Shown here in pieces: positions 52,917-64,000 of a stretch of 64,000 bases of DNA. The first letter of the stretch is position 1. The number at the start of each line of letters is the position of its first letter. The position numbers and the translations under genes were made by a program. This DNA is from Basidiobolus meristosporus CBS 931.73 (Eukaryota > Fungi > Basidiobolomycota), in the NCBI GenBank assembly GCA_002104905.1, contig MCFE01000134.1, positions 62,001 through 126,000 of the forward strand, written 5' to 3'. The notes under the pieces are model-generated. The model ran no database searches. It was not told the origin of the DNA and saw nothing but the letters and a program-made list of their open reading frames with translations.

Positions 52917-54254
52917 ATGAACACTGCACCCTTGCTAGAAATTCGGGAAGATCTCAATGTCACCACGGTGACCACAGTGATTCTTAATAGTCTCTCGGTA
53001 GTGTCCTCGATAGCCGTGGTCTTTACAATCCTGACTATATACACCTATCGCAAGAGTCTAGCTGATCGTGTGTCGTTTCGACTTGCACTATGGATTGCTC
53101 TCGTGAATGGATTATATAATGGAATCCAGCTGCTACTTCAGACGCCGCTAATCGAGTCCAACACCATTTGCTCCCTGTTTGTCTGGGGCTCTCTAACTAG
53201 CTCACTACTTTCGCTCTTATTCACCGTTGCCATCGCTGTGAATCTTCAGATCATCCTCGTGCACAATCAGCCCCTGACCAAGCCTTATGAAACATATTAC
53301 GCCATTCTGGCGACTATCCTGTCCTTATGCATCACCTCCCCTCCCTACTTGCTGGGATTGTACGGCCGTCAAGCTGATGGCTCATGTGGGTTTGCCGCGC
53401 AAAACTGGTGGCAGCTCACGGTTCTACCTTGGGTCGGTCACTTGTTCTGGATCCTGTTGGGCACGCTGTATTGTGTCGTGATCACCATCATCGTCTCAGC
53501 GTATCTCTTTGCCGAAGCAACCCAAGCTATTCCTGGCGCAACCAACTCCCGGTTGACTTCTAAAAAGGTCCAGCGTGCAGTTCGTCGCATCCTCCTGTAT
53601 CTTATTCTTCCTTCCTTGGGGCAATTTCTGGTGCTGATCTCCTGGATTATCCTACGCCTGGCCCATTCGAGCACGACATGGTCCATGGTTGGACAACTAC
53701 TCACCGTTATCGGGTCCGGGAGCCAAGGAATGCTGACTGCTACAGCCTTCGTGTTCGATCCGGTGTTGGAGGCAGCCACCTCGGCAATTAGTAAAGACAT
53801 TGTCGAGAGGGCTTTCCCCAATGCCATCTCGCCGCGAAACATAGGAAAGCCCATGCTATCCCCTAGTCTTGCCGCAAGCCGTCAGCCAGCCTGGTATACC
53901 CCAGCTCTACGATGGTTTGCTCGCAAGTTCCTCGTTTTTCCTGGAAGTCGTTTTGAAACACATATGTGCGAGACACTATTTGCCCAGAGTAGCAACTCCG
54001 ATATGGAGCACGAAGTGACCACTCCAGGGGGGGCTGATAGCCCCGGCTCCACCGGAGGGAGGGGTGAAATCGCCAGCCCACCGAAGTTGAAGATCCCCAA
54101 ACCTGGGCGCATTAGTCCTGGCGGGCTAAACAGTGGCAAGCCAGGGGTCTACATCACGACCAACTTCTTGACTGCCAGTTGGGCAGAGACTTCAGTGGAC
54201 TTGCCGAACACCCCCATGAGAGATCCGCTGACTCCAGTAGTCCCATGGATATAG
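52917..54254 (+). CDS. 7TM G-protein-coupled receptor-like protein (fungal Git3/GPR1/cAMP-receptor-like), 445 aa, single exon
   Basis: Seven hydrophobic segments, ADRVSFRL after TM1, Cys at the start of TM3 and in ECL2 (GSCG), RILLY in TM6, FDP in TM7, Ser/Pro-rich tail. Confidence 0.8.
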   Translation: MNTAPLLEIREDLNVTTVTTVILNSLSVVSSIAVVFTILTIYTYRKSLADRVSFRLALWIALVNGLYNGIQLLLQTPLIESNTICSLFVWGSLTSSLLSLLFTVAIAVNLQIILVHNQPLTKPYETYYAILATILSLCITSPPYLLGLYGRQADGSCGFAAQNWWQLTVLPWVGHLFWILLGTLYCVVITIIVSAYLFAEATQAIPGATNSRLTSKKVQRAVRRILLYLILPSLGQFLVLISWIILRLAHSSTTWSMVGQLLTVIGSGSQGMLTATAFVFDPVLEAATSAISKDIVERAFPNAISPRNIGKPMLSPSLAASRQPAWYTPALRWFARKFLVFPGSRFETHMCETLFAQSSNSDMEHEVTTPGGADSPGSTGGRGEIASPPKLKIPKPGRISPGGLNSGKPGVYITTNFLTASWAETSVDLPNTPMRDPLTPVVPWI

Positions 54255-54913
54255 ATACAAGACCTACGCCGAATGAACCCGATCTAAATTGTATTCCAGT
54301 TATTCCACATATACCCCGCTGGTAAATTGTTTAAGAAGTGAAGTAAGTTAAACGTCTAGTGTTCTGTTTAAGAAGCTTTCCTTAGAGACCCTTTCCCTGT
54401 CAAAATGGAAGAGCCGAAGGTGGTTCGAAATTTTGGAAATTGCATTATTGTTCATGTGTCTTCCATATTATGTACTCCTCAATTACCTAGTTGAGTGTGA
54501 TACCTCAACCTAATCCACTCTCCCCAACCCTTCCACAAGGCGGTGTAGAGTTTGCCACATTCGCCATCCATTAAAGAGCATACTTTCCTCAATAGAACCT
54601 GTATCTCTCTTGACTATGGTCGATAAAGAGCACTGGGCGCAGTAAGCCGTGGGCCTATAGCAGCGCCATCGCACAGATATAGGGAGATGGATCACCAAAA
54701 CCGAGATGTTGATGTATTCACAACAAGGGGCTGATTCGATATACCGGATACTCTGGTCTAAGCCCGTGAAATCGATACTTCGCCGAAATCAGATGACACC
54801 CGGTTATAAAAACCAAGTGGCAGGGGCACTGGGCAGTGAAAAGCAGTTTACTCTTGGTAATTTTGGTCCCTACTGCTATACCCCAACTTGCCACCACCTC
54901 ATCTCTAACACAA

Positions 54914-57673
54914 ATGCTGATAAGGACGCTCGGTGTCCAAAGCCTGTTCTACGCCACCCTCGCCTCGATCTTAGTAGGCAGCGCACAATCCATTTACGAC
55001 GTTTCAAGCAGAATATCGAATGAATATACGGGGAGTTGTGCTGAGCTGGATGACCGGAGTATGGCGGTGGTTTTACCCTTCCAGCAGGTTGGCAATGTTT
55101 CCTATCACATGCGGTTGATCGATCCTACAGGAAGCTCGAAGCCAGCCTCCATCGATTATGGTGGGATCGAGCCAATCTTGGTTCCAATCAGAAAAGCCAC
55201 CCTGGTTGCTGTCTTACCTTCCAGCAGCCAGATCTCTTCGCAGCTGGTATCCATAGATTCTGTAATTATGAACAGAACAACCACGATCCATTCGGGTAGC
55301 TACGGTTTGATCACCGCCGCTGCCTTCAGGAATCTGTATGATGGATACGCGGTGTCTTGGACCTCCTCAGATAACCTGAGTCTTGCTATAGCGTGGTTGA
55401 GCAGTAATGGAGCCTTAGTAAACCAAACAACATATCGGCTCGACCTACCAGCCAGCCATATCGAGGCAACCACAACCTTTGATGGCAAAGTGCTCCTTGC
55501 CGTTCTACTATCGAACCAGAATCTAGTCAGACTTCAGGTTGTACAGATAGATCCTTTAGTGATGGGAACGCCCAAATTTTCGATAATCTATCAGAACAGG
55601 GTTGACCCACTGTCACCTCCGACGTATCAGACAGCAAAATGCGAGCCGATCCCGGATGGTAGTGGTCTGTCGTGCATTTATCTCTATCGAGAGCTGGTCA
55701 CAACAACGAGCTACAGGGTAACCGGAGTGGTGCAAGCATTCGCCTCCACTGGCAGCATACATCAGCCATTGGCGCGATACCAACTTGATATGAGCACTAC
55801 CCCCAATACACTGGACCTTGCCAGGAAAAAACCGCAGCTATCGGTGAACCCGGATGGAAGTTGGACTCATATTGAGCTCGGAGGTGCCACCGCGAGTTAT
55901 TACGATATTCTGCCAAACGGGACAACGCTGAACCTCTATAGCGTCAACGCATCCATCATATGTCCCAATCTTAATCATACTTGGTACGGGGTGCGTCCAT
56001 TGCCATCGCCTCGATATGGATGGGAAAGCGCGATCCTCTCCTTGAATTCGGCAGGGCGGCCAACGGTGAATTCCACGTATCCTTTTTCATATACCAACCC
56101 ATTGGTTGTGAGCACCAACCCGGAGGTCAATAGCGTTGTGGAGCCGCGCAGGTTGCAATTCGGCATAAAATACGGGATCTCTGGCCTATCACTCGGCGTG
56201 GGTTACATCCGAGTCTACTGTATGAGTGCAAATGGCCGGGTTCCTCGCGAGGTGATTAATGTGAATAGCCCAAGGGTGCAGTTCAGCAACGATACCATTC
56301 AACTAGACCTCCTGACGTCCAGTCTAAACTCGCCAAATGCGCAATACATCATCGAGATGGATGATGGGGCTGTGCGAAGCGGTAGCAACGAGCCTCTGCC
56401 AGGCATCAACGGCCCGCAGCAGATTTGGAGGGTGGTGACAGGTACATTCACACCGTAAGTAAATCTCTAGGTATTCAGACTAACCAGTGCAATGCGGCAA
56501 TAGGTTCGCGGAACGATACACAGGGCTCAGGTACTCCCGCATTCATTGTATTCATGAATTCGGCATCTTGTACTGATCATTGATTCAAGGGCTCACCACC
56601 ATTCTGGTCGAGCTAACTGTTAATGGCTCAATCGACCCCTTTGCGGACCTGGGACTGATATCTCGATTGATTCCCGTCGATATCAGCAGACTAGAATTTG
56701 TTCGCGTGGAGAACCAGCCAGCCCCGCAGCCAAGTAAGATGAGATTCAAGATCCATGATTCCTCGGAGCCGGATCAACTCGGAGCTTCCGACGCATTCCA
56801 AGATTTCCAGAATATCGTTCAGAACTCCAATGTGTTTCAACTGATTTCCTCTGCTCCATTCATCCACGTTGAAGCCTTGGGTAAGCTCGCAACAGACTCA
56901 TTCCAAAGCTGGCTGTATGCTGAGATGTTTTCCACAGATGACACGACGTATGCAGTGCGATGGGGTCTCATCAGTGCCGCCATTATACTGGTGGCCTTGA
57001 TTATCTTGTTTGTGATTCTCCGCCGGAAATACACCTCCAGCCAGAACGAGATCATATTCTCGATATCTTTCGGGCTTTTCGGGCTGGTCTTCGATCTGCT
57101 CTTCATCATCGTCCATGGAGGAGATATATCTCACCTGCGCGTGCTGCTAGGTATTTTCTTCATATGTCCGTACATTATCCACGCCCTTGCATCCAGCGCC
57201 ATCATCATTTTTGAGATCTCCCGCAACACGATGTTTTGGCTATGGTTCGGGCGGCGGCCTGTTCGTAACGGGATTCTGGCCACTCTGTCATTTACGAAGA
57301 TTGAGAATCTGAGGCTTCTTGACTCCCATTTCTGTCAGCTGGAGATCCTGAGCGCGCCATTCTCCGACTGGGCACTGAAATGGATAAGCATCATCGGTTT
57401 TACTAGCATATTTTTCCAGGATATCCCCAAGCTGGTTCTTCTGGTAGGTAGATTCCGCGTGCGCGTGCTCTCTGTCGCCTTCCCTGTGAGATTCACCATG
57501 TCTCTTCATATTAGATCATCTATCACTTGGACCTCCGCACCCCCAATATGATTCCTCTGTTGACCTTGGTTATTACCATACTGACGTTGACCTATGGTGC
57601 TATCTCCCGAATGACCTGCTTATGCGTTGCTGTTAAAGGGCACTTCAAGCACCAAGAATCGGCATATTACTGA
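54914..57673 (+). CDS. Secreted-ectodomain, Ig-like (SbsA/Big_5-like) multi-pass membrane protein, ~855 aa; exons 54914-56441, 56504-56530, 56590-57443, 57515-57673
   Basis: Signal peptide MLIRTLGVQSLFYATLASILVGSAQS; three GT-AG introns of 62, 59 and 71 bp (CTAAC and CTGAT branch points in the first two) keep the frame; VVSTNP...YIIEMDDGAV...EPLPGI...W motif; about 5-6 TM segments at the C-terminus. Confidence 0.8.
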
Positions 57674-58352
57674 TTAACCTACCACCACGATCAGCGCAGC
57701 TCGTTTAATATTTGTAAGCCTTATTCAAGTCCCAGGACCAATGAAATTTTGAGACCCACTACGATTATAGAGAACCATCCAAATGTCTGTGTTGTCATTG
57801 GCAAGCATCGGCATGGCTTGTTTATGGCAACATTGATGGCAACATTGATGGCTGAATAAAGTCACGTTATCCCTTCAGGAGCCCACCGTTCGCCAGCATT
57901 GGATCCTCAAAATCTGACCACTAGTTTCCCGGTCTATGCATTGATCAAGTTGGCAAATTGGCAATTCTATTCGCAAATAGCGAATCATCCACATGGCCAC
58001 CATCCGAATCATCAGCTCATTTTTCGGCATGATCACGACTTCTTGCTGGATGAGCATCAGGTAGCACAGTAGCCAGCAGCCAGCCTGATTGATCCTCTAG
58101 CACTCACCATCTACAGTCATAGATACCAAGAGAATTGTGGGTCATGGTTTTAGCACAGGCAGCCCTAGCCAATGAGTGCCCGATTCACCCAACCAAACAT
58201 CGTCGACTTGCTCATGAGATGGTCTCTTGGTTGCTGAATGTTGCAAGAAATTGCGTGATACGAGAGTTGTTTACTCGTCAACCTTCGGCTGAAGATTTTT
58301 CGCATATAAAGCGTTAGCATTCACGCTTGAGTGTCCGTTGTCAATTGCCACC

Positions 58353-60011
58353 ATGGTGAAAGCACTGAGTATTATGAGTTTGTTTGCCGCTACCCTAGCA
58401 TTAGGGCAAGCTACTGACGGCGAGAAAAAGCCCAATTTCTTGATCTTCCTGATGGATGATCAGGATTTGAAGATGGACTCTTTGAACTACATGCCACGAG
58501 TCCAAAAGTACATTGCCAGCCAGGGAACCACATTCAAACACCATTACATCTCCACAGCAGTCTGCTGCCCTTCCAGAGTGTCATTCTGGACCGGCCAATT
58601 CCCCCACAACCACAATGTTACCGATGAGAATCCGCCCCATGGCGGGTACCCGAAGTTTCTTTCGCGGCAATTGGACAGCAACTACTTGCCGTTTTGGCTT
58701 CAGCAGGCGAACTACACGAACTACTACGTTGGTAAATTCATCAACGGAGTGGATGCCAAGAACCCTGGCCCTCCCAAAGGATGGGCCCATTTCGAACCCC
58801 TCGTGGCACCCTGGATTTACCAGTATCTCAATCCCACCTTCTCGCTCAATGGTGCACCTTTCCAAGCCCACCAAGGTGAGTACCAAACCGACGTTATCCT
58901 CAACAAAACCCTGAACATCCTTGACGTTCTGAAATCTACCGATCAACCCTTCCTCTTCACCGTCTCCCCCGTAGCGCCCCACGACACAGTTGTCATGAGT
59001 TCAGAAAATGAATACCCCGAGTTCTATCCGCCCGTCCCAGCTGAGCGTCACAAGCTCCTATTTGACGATCTCAAAGTACCACGTAAGCCCAACTTCAACC
59101 CCGAAATCCAAGATAAGCCATCTTGGCTAAAGACGCTACCCCGGTTGAACCAGACTAGAGTGGACGACCTTGATGAACATTACAGACTCCGTATCCGATC
59201 ACTCCAGGCAGTTGACGAGTTGGTTGAGAAAGTTATCCTGAAGCTCGAGAAGAACGGCCAACTGGATAACACCTACATTATTTATACCACCGACAACGGC
59301 TACCATTTAGGACAGCATCGTCTCGGGGCAGGCAAAGGGACCCCTTACGAGGAGGATGTCAATATTCCATTCATTATACGTGGTCCTGGTATAGCCAAAG
59401 GAGAGATCAGTCAAGCGTTCACCACCCACACACATGTTCCTGCCACTATATTGAGCCTCGCCGGACTTGATGCTCCGGAGCATTTGGATGCCCCGCCAAT
59501 GCCAGTGCTGGAGGCACCAAGCCCTAGCAATGATCTCACTGAGGCCTTTAATGTGGAATTCTGGGCGGACGCATTCTTCGAAGACACTTGGGAGCGGTTT
59601 ACCAGCAACTCCTACAAGGCGGTCCGAATCATTGGCGAGGGCTACAACTACTATTTCTCCACCTGGTGTACCGGAGAGCACGAGTTGTACGACCTCTTGG
59701 AAGATCCTTATCAGCTTCGTAATGTCCACCCAGATGTGATAGAGAGGGACCCTGAGCTGATCAACCGATTGAACGCTCTTTTAAATGTACTAAGGGATTG
59801 CCTAGGAAACACCTGCCGTGATCCATGGAAGGTACTTCATCCAGATGGAGCCGTTCGCAATTTGAGACAGGCTCTCAGCAGGGTCTACGATTCGTACTAC
59901 GCGCAACTAGCCGTTTTCAAATTCGATACCTGCCAAGTATTTAACGATCGCACCAATGAGATTCTGGTCCGTGAGCAACATACCCCCGCATTGGTCATTC
60001 AAGCAGACTAG
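58353..60011 (+). CDS. Secreted sulfatase (fungal arylsulfatase / N-acetylglucosamine-6-sulfatase-like, formylglycine-dependent), single exon
   Basis: ATG in GCCACCATGG context; signal peptide; PNFLIFLMDDQD, CCPSR (CxPxR) with TGQFPHNH, GKF, YTTDNGYHLGQH, YEEDVNIPF. Confidence 0.93.
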   Translation: MVKALSIMSLFAATLALGQATDGEKKPNFLIFLMDDQDLKMDSLNYMPRVQKYIASQGTTFKHHYISTAVCCPSRVSFWTGQFPHNHNVTDENPPHGGYPKFLSRQLDSNYLPFWLQQANYTNYYVGKFINGVDAKNPGPPKGWAHFEPLVAPWIYQYLNPTFSLNGAPFQAHQGEYQTDVILNKTLNILDVLKSTDQPFLFTVSPVAPHDTVVMSSENEYPEFYPPVPAERHKLLFDDLKVPRKPNFNPEIQDKPSWLKTLPRLNQTRVDDLDEHYRLRIRSLQAVDELVEKVILKLEKNGQLDNTYIIYTTDNGYHLGQHRLGAGKGTPYEEDVNIPFIIRGPGIAKGEISQAFTTHTHVPATILSLAGLDAPEHLDAPPMPVLEAPSPSNDLTEAFNVEFWADAFFEDTWERFTSNSYKAVRIIGEGYNYYFSTWCTGEHELYDLLEDPYQLRNVHPDVIERDPELINRLNALLNVLRDCLGNTCRDPWKVLHPDGAVRNLRQALSRVYDSYYAQLAVFKFDTCQVFNDRTNEILVREQHTPALVIQAD

Positions 60012-60455
60012 ATCATGGTGAATATTGTCCACCTTATCCCAATTGAATGCGAATAGAAGCTCAATAAACAATACGTATCCCGAACATCCTTCCAACAGTT
60101 GACTACTCCTCTCCATTCTACCTCTGATCCACAGCCCCACTCGGCCTGGCTGCGATGAGTGCAGCAGCTGGTGGTGGCTTAGGGATGTGTGCGGTTCGCC
60201 CCTCCCCTCGTCATCCAAATGCTCTACTTCAAACCTCGATGGAATGGGATGAAAAATTTTATTCTTTGAATATGGAGTAACTCTAGAAACATGTGGGTCA
60301 GTTGAATCGGGATCGCGCGCACACCAAACGCTCCCCCTCCGACATCGGCCACGTTTCGATTCGAACATGAAACTTGGAAAAGCCCTACGGCAAAATTCAA
60401 AGGGGACATTATAAGAATTACAATAGTGCATAAATATATACTTTACATGGGTACA

Positions 60456-63400
60456 TTAAATAATGGTAATTCCATGCTTCGCGGGGTCATGGTTGTGGTT
60501 GTTCGGTGCTCTTCTAGACTTCCTCTTGCTTTTCTTGGATCGTTTGCGAGTCCGGGGCAGATCGTCGTCTGTGGAGAGGGTGGGCTCATCTAGGGTGTCG
60601 TTCAATGCAATGAGCTTCTCTAATGACAGTGGTTTTGCCGGTAGAATGAACCCTGCCTCCTCCTCTGGCATCAATCTCACCCCACGCTTTCTTCGGCGGT
60701 CGATGTCTTGGGGACTGCTCACCACGTTGAATGGCACCTGGGCATCCGAATCGCTTCCCAATTCGTTCAGACTCTGAAGTGCTTGCAGTGAGAGGAACTC
60801 GGTAGGCTCGTTGTCTGTGAAGCTTGTGAATCCATCATCACTTTTGGAATCCTGTGCAGAATGAGCAAAGTCACCAAGTGCTGGAGGATGGTAGTAGGGC
60901 TTCTCGTCCTCCTCCGACAAGTCTGGATTCTGGTTCCATTGGAGTAGTTGCTCCAGGGAGATGGACTTTGTCAGAATATCCTCAATGTCAGTCTCGGTGT
61001 CCACATCCTCATTATAGCTTGCAGAAGTGGTGGCCACCTCTTGGTCATCACTCTTCATACCGCTACTTCCTTCCGATTCCGAAGGGGTCTCCTCCGAATG
61101 TTGCTGATTAAGTTTAATCAGCATGTCCAGAGAAAGAAATTCGCGCGAGCTCTCCCCGGAACGGTTCCCATCATCCTCCGTCTCGGAGTCGGTAGGGATC
61201 AAAGGAACCAGACGGTCCGTATTCTCCGATTTGTTGAGTTTGATGAGATCCGCCAAGGAGACAAATTCCACGGGAATATCGTCATGCTCACTCTCAAAGT
61301 CTTCGTTGGATATCTGAGCCATCCATTCCGACGTAATATCCCCGTTGCTATTTATATCGGGGATCGAATCCTGTGTCCCCTTACGGATTTCCCGCCCTCC
61401 AGTAATGTTCACCATTGAGGAGACTTCGGGCTGGGAATCAGCTTTCAGCATAGCACCGGCTTCGGGCAGATGTCCCTTTGCTCCCTCGGTCGTCATCTGC
61501 AGTATCTCCGAAAGCAAAGATGTGCTGCCCTTGCTACGTTGTCTCGTACTTCCTCTCGAAGAAAGGTTTTCGATGCTCTCCATCGATTTCAGGACTCGGT
61601 CAGCCTTTTCCGAGATTGTCAGGCTCTCAAAGTTAGGTTCCTGGATCCGGATCAAGTCATTCAACGAAAGAGTTGCGGAGCTGGTTAATGGCTCTGGAGA
61701 GTGCTCATCATTGGTATGAGAAGAGATCGCTTCAGGTTCAGGTTGCACTATACTTTCGGGTGACGCGGTTCTTACATGATTCTTCACACGCTCGGGGAAG
61801 AAAATCTCAAAATCAGAGTTCTCCTCATTCGCGGAGTCATTCAGCCATATCAAGTCGTCAAGCGTGATAGAAGTCACTCGTGCATCATCATCCGATGTAG
61901 CAGACTCGTTTTCAACTGCTGGAGAATACTCCTCAGGATGGCGCTTGAGGTGGACCGCATCTGGGAAAGCCTCTTCCTTGGCCGCATCTGTCTCCATCGC
62001 CATTTTCACGTCACTGTCCGAAGCAAGATATTCTGGCTGAATCAATGGGTGATGCTCCTCTCCGTATTCTTCAATGAGTGGCTCGGCATCAGTAGCCTCG
62101 TCTTCAGAATCACTGATAAGATACATGTATGATTTACTATCATCTTTGGTCACAGGCGTATCGTGTGAAGAGCTGGGCTCCTTTTCCTCCACTTTCTCCT
62201 GCCCCTGGAGCTCCGACTTCTCGAGAGGAGCCAAAGTCTCTAGATTGTCAGCATTGCCAATGTCTTTCACCTCTGTGCTAGGAAGCATAGCCATTTGTGC
62301 TGATACATCGCTTCCCTCTAGCTGCTCTTGGATATTGTCACCGTTAGGGATGGGCGCTATGAGCTCACTGACATCGAGATTTTCGCTCAAATTGATTAGT
62401 ATCACTTCACTTTCAGCGGCTTGTTCCTCGATCGCTAGATCATCTTGCTGTTCAATAGTGCTCTCACTAGTTATCATGAAAGAGTCGTCGAATGGAGATA
62501 TCTTGGGCGGCTCATCAGCATCGATCATGTCGCACACCACTTCGTCTGCAATTTCTTGAGGCTGTTCGGTCTCTGCCTGCGAGGCGTCATTATCCACATG
62601 TAGAATTGGAGGCTTCTCAACATCGCAGATCACTCCATCGATCATCTCGGAATCTTCGTTGTCAGGAATGGATTTAAACGAGGCTTCCGAGTGATCATCC
62701 ATCTCAGGCTCACTATGCACCTGGCCTAGGGTTGAGGATATCTCTAAAAGCTCATCATCTATATTCGCGCGATGGTGGGGTGGCCAGGATTTACTTGTTG
62801 AGGGCATCTCGTCACTCTCACGAGAAATGTTGCGGTACAACAAGTTATTGAGCTCTATCAACCGTTCGAGCGGCGGTGTGGTTCCGAGAAGTGAGAAGAA
62901 GTCCTGGGTTACTTGCATGAATCGAGGATCGTTGTTCTGGATATCAAGATGGCCCTTCATCACCCCAAAATCATTCCTTAGGATTTCGGATAACAACTCT
63001 CCTTTAGGAGGTCGTTCGACCTTTTTGCTTAGCACCTCCTTTTTGTGTTCCAAGCGCTCAGGCATTGGCTCATGCTCACCAAAGGCTTCAAACACCTTGG
63101 GCTCCTCAAACTTCATGTCAAGCAGAGAGCTTAGGAATGAGTCCACATTCAATGGCGTCGATGTACCCTCAAGCCCTAGCAAGTCAGCCACTTGAGCAAC
63201 TTGAAGCTCGTTGGTATGGGCCACTGGGCTCATCGAGGTGTTTAATTCTTCCACAGCTTTATCTAAAGATGTAACCAAAGATAACTCTGATTTGGTTAAA
63301 GACACGCCGGATAGAAGCTCGTCGTTCGCCGCCTGATCTGATGCTATTGAGTCTGGGCCAAGCCCAAGCTCATCGGCCAAAGTCATTCCAGGGTATCCTG

Positions 63401-63986
63401 TGATTGCAGGATAGAAGTCCATTGATTGCTCTTCAGTAGAGCCCTTTTCGGAGCTCAAGTCAACTTCACTCTCCTTGGCGTCTGCAGAGGACGATTCCTC
63501 AACATCGCTGAAGCCGGTTTCTGTAGGGACACGGCCTTCGGTGGTAGCTTCGACTAATGGAGCAACTTGCTGATCAGTGGACTTCACCTGTTCATCCAGA
63601 ATGGCATACGAATCATTAAACGGATCCATGCTCGCAGCATCAGGCATTATGAATTCTATAAACTCTGTGATCTCCTTGCTATCGGGTGTTTCGAGACGGC
63701 CCGCGTTTACAGTATCCATTAAAGAGTCGGGGGATTCGGCTTGCTCAGCAATCAAGTCCACCACCGGGCTTTCGGTTTCGGCGAGATTCACCTCGTGTTC
63801 GGGGAGAATTTCTTCTGCGTCACGCATCGATACGAACTCCCCTCTGAATATGTCACCACCCATCATCAATTGGGCCACGATAGCCTCAGGAGAGACTTCA
63901 GGAAAAGAGTCGTCAGAGACTGATTTGAGTGAGGCAATCTCGGTGAACTGGTCAGGCTCTGACTGCTCCATCTCGGATTTGGACAT
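60456..63986 (-). CDS. Large acidic, low-complexity hypothetical protein (>=1176 aa) with a repeated short helical motif and a basic C-terminal NLS-like stretch
   Basis: 3.5-kb open frame, D/E/S-rich, RTRKRSKKSKRKSRR near the C-terminus; the frame stays open to the window edge, so the N-terminus may lie beyond 64000. Confidence 0.75.
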   Translation of the reverse strand: MSKSEMEQSEPDQFTEIASLKSVSDDSFPEVSPEAIVAQLMMGGDIFRGEFVSMRDAEEILPEHEVNLAETESPVVDLIAEQAESPDSLMDTVNAGRLETPDSKEITEFIEFIMPDAASMDPFNDSYAILDEQVKSTDQQVAPLVEATTEGRVPTETGFSDVEESSSADAKESEVDLSSEKGSTEEQSMDFYPAITGYPGMTLADELGLGPDSIASDQAANDELLSGVSLTKSELSLVTSLDKAVEELNTSMSPVAHTNELQVAQVADLLGLEGTSTPLNVDSFLSSLLDMKFEEPKVFEAFGEHEPMPERLEHKKEVLSKKVERPPKGELLSEILRNDFGVMKGHLDIQNNDPRFMQVTQDFFSLLGTTPPLERLIELNNLLYRNISRESDEMPSTSKSWPPHHRANIDDELLEISSTLGQVHSEPEMDDHSEASFKSIPDNEDSEMIDGVICDVEKPPILHVDNDASQAETEQPQEIADEVVCDMIDADEPPKISPFDDSFMITSESTIEQQDDLAIEEQAAESEVILINLSENLDVSELIAPIPNGDNIQEQLEGSDVSAQMAMLPSTEVKDIGNADNLETLAPLEKSELQGQEKVEEKEPSSSHDTPVTKDDSKSYMYLISDSEDEATDAEPLIEEYGEEHHPLIQPEYLASDSDVKMAMETDAAKEEAFPDAVHLKRHPEEYSPAVENESATSDDDARVTSITLDDLIWLNDSANEENSDFEIFFPERVKNHVRTASPESIVQPEPEAISSHTNDEHSPEPLTSSATLSLNDLIRIQEPNFESLTISEKADRVLKSMESIENLSSRGSTRQRSKGSTSLLSEILQMTTEGAKGHLPEAGAMLKADSQPEVSSMVNITGGREIRKGTQDSIPDINSNGDITSEWMAQISNEDFESEHDDIPVEFVSLADLIKLNKSENTDRLVPLIPTDSETEDDGNRSGESSREFLSLDMLIKLNQQHSEETPSESEGSSGMKSDDQEVATTSASYNEDVDTETDIEDILTKSISLEQLLQWNQNPDLSEEDEKPYYHPPALGDFAHSAQDSKSDDGFTSFTDNEPTEFLSLQALQSLNELGSDSDAQVPFNVVSSPQDIDRRRKRGVRLMPEEEAGFILPAKPLSLEKLIALNDTLDEPTLSTDDDLPRTRKRSKKSKRKSRRAPNNHNHDPAKHGITII

Positions 63987-64000
63987 GGCCTCGACATGAG

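Noticed and set aside
54836-54913. GTG start listed in the ORF track for the membrane protein, and the TTG start at 58338 for the sulfatase
   Set aside because: In a eukaryote the downstream ATGs (54914, 58353) give clean signal peptides, and 58353 has a strong Kozak context.
57824-57852. 12-bp tandem repeat ATGGCAACATTG x2.4
   Set aside because: Short intergenic duplication with no further structure.
60463-63999. Plus-strand ORFs antisense to the acidic protein, and similar shadow ORFs over the Copia ORF, GPCR and sulfatase
   Set aside because: Antisense or alternate-frame by-products of long coding sequences, with no independent features.
1-64000. CRISPR arrays, rRNA, tRNA genes and telomeric repeats
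   Set aside because: No regularly spaced short repeats with unique spacers and no RNA-gene signatures; the tRNA-like 12-17-mers are retroelement primer-binding sites.

Overview
Eukaryotic DNA, most likely from an early-diverging fungus. This is an inference from 59-71 bp GT-AG introns with CTRAY branch points and the gene families present; it is Basidiobolus-like but unproven. The window has two sharply different compartments. (1) About 1-49,900 is a transposon graveyard almost devoid of CpG. It holds one intact, young Ty1/Copia element (1305-aa gag-pol) inserted into a solo LTR of its own family, degenerate Copia copies, at least three Ty3/Gypsy-type LTR lineages (369-bp, ~800/1070-bp and ~1.1-kb LTRs), and several decayed copies of a CMC/CACTA-like DNA transposon with ~195-bp TIRs and a divergent second gene. 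The elements nest up to five levels deep, and most junctions keep readable target-site duplications. (2) About 49,950-64,000 has normal CpG content and four host genes: a 7TM GPCR-like receptor, a 4-exon secreted-ectodomain/Ig-like multi-pass membrane protein, a secreted formylglycine sulfatase, and a long acidic disordered protein with a repeated [LIV]-S-L-x-x-L-I-x-L-N motif. No rRNA, tRNA or CRISPR features were seen. No database searches were run; family calls come from recognised motifs.
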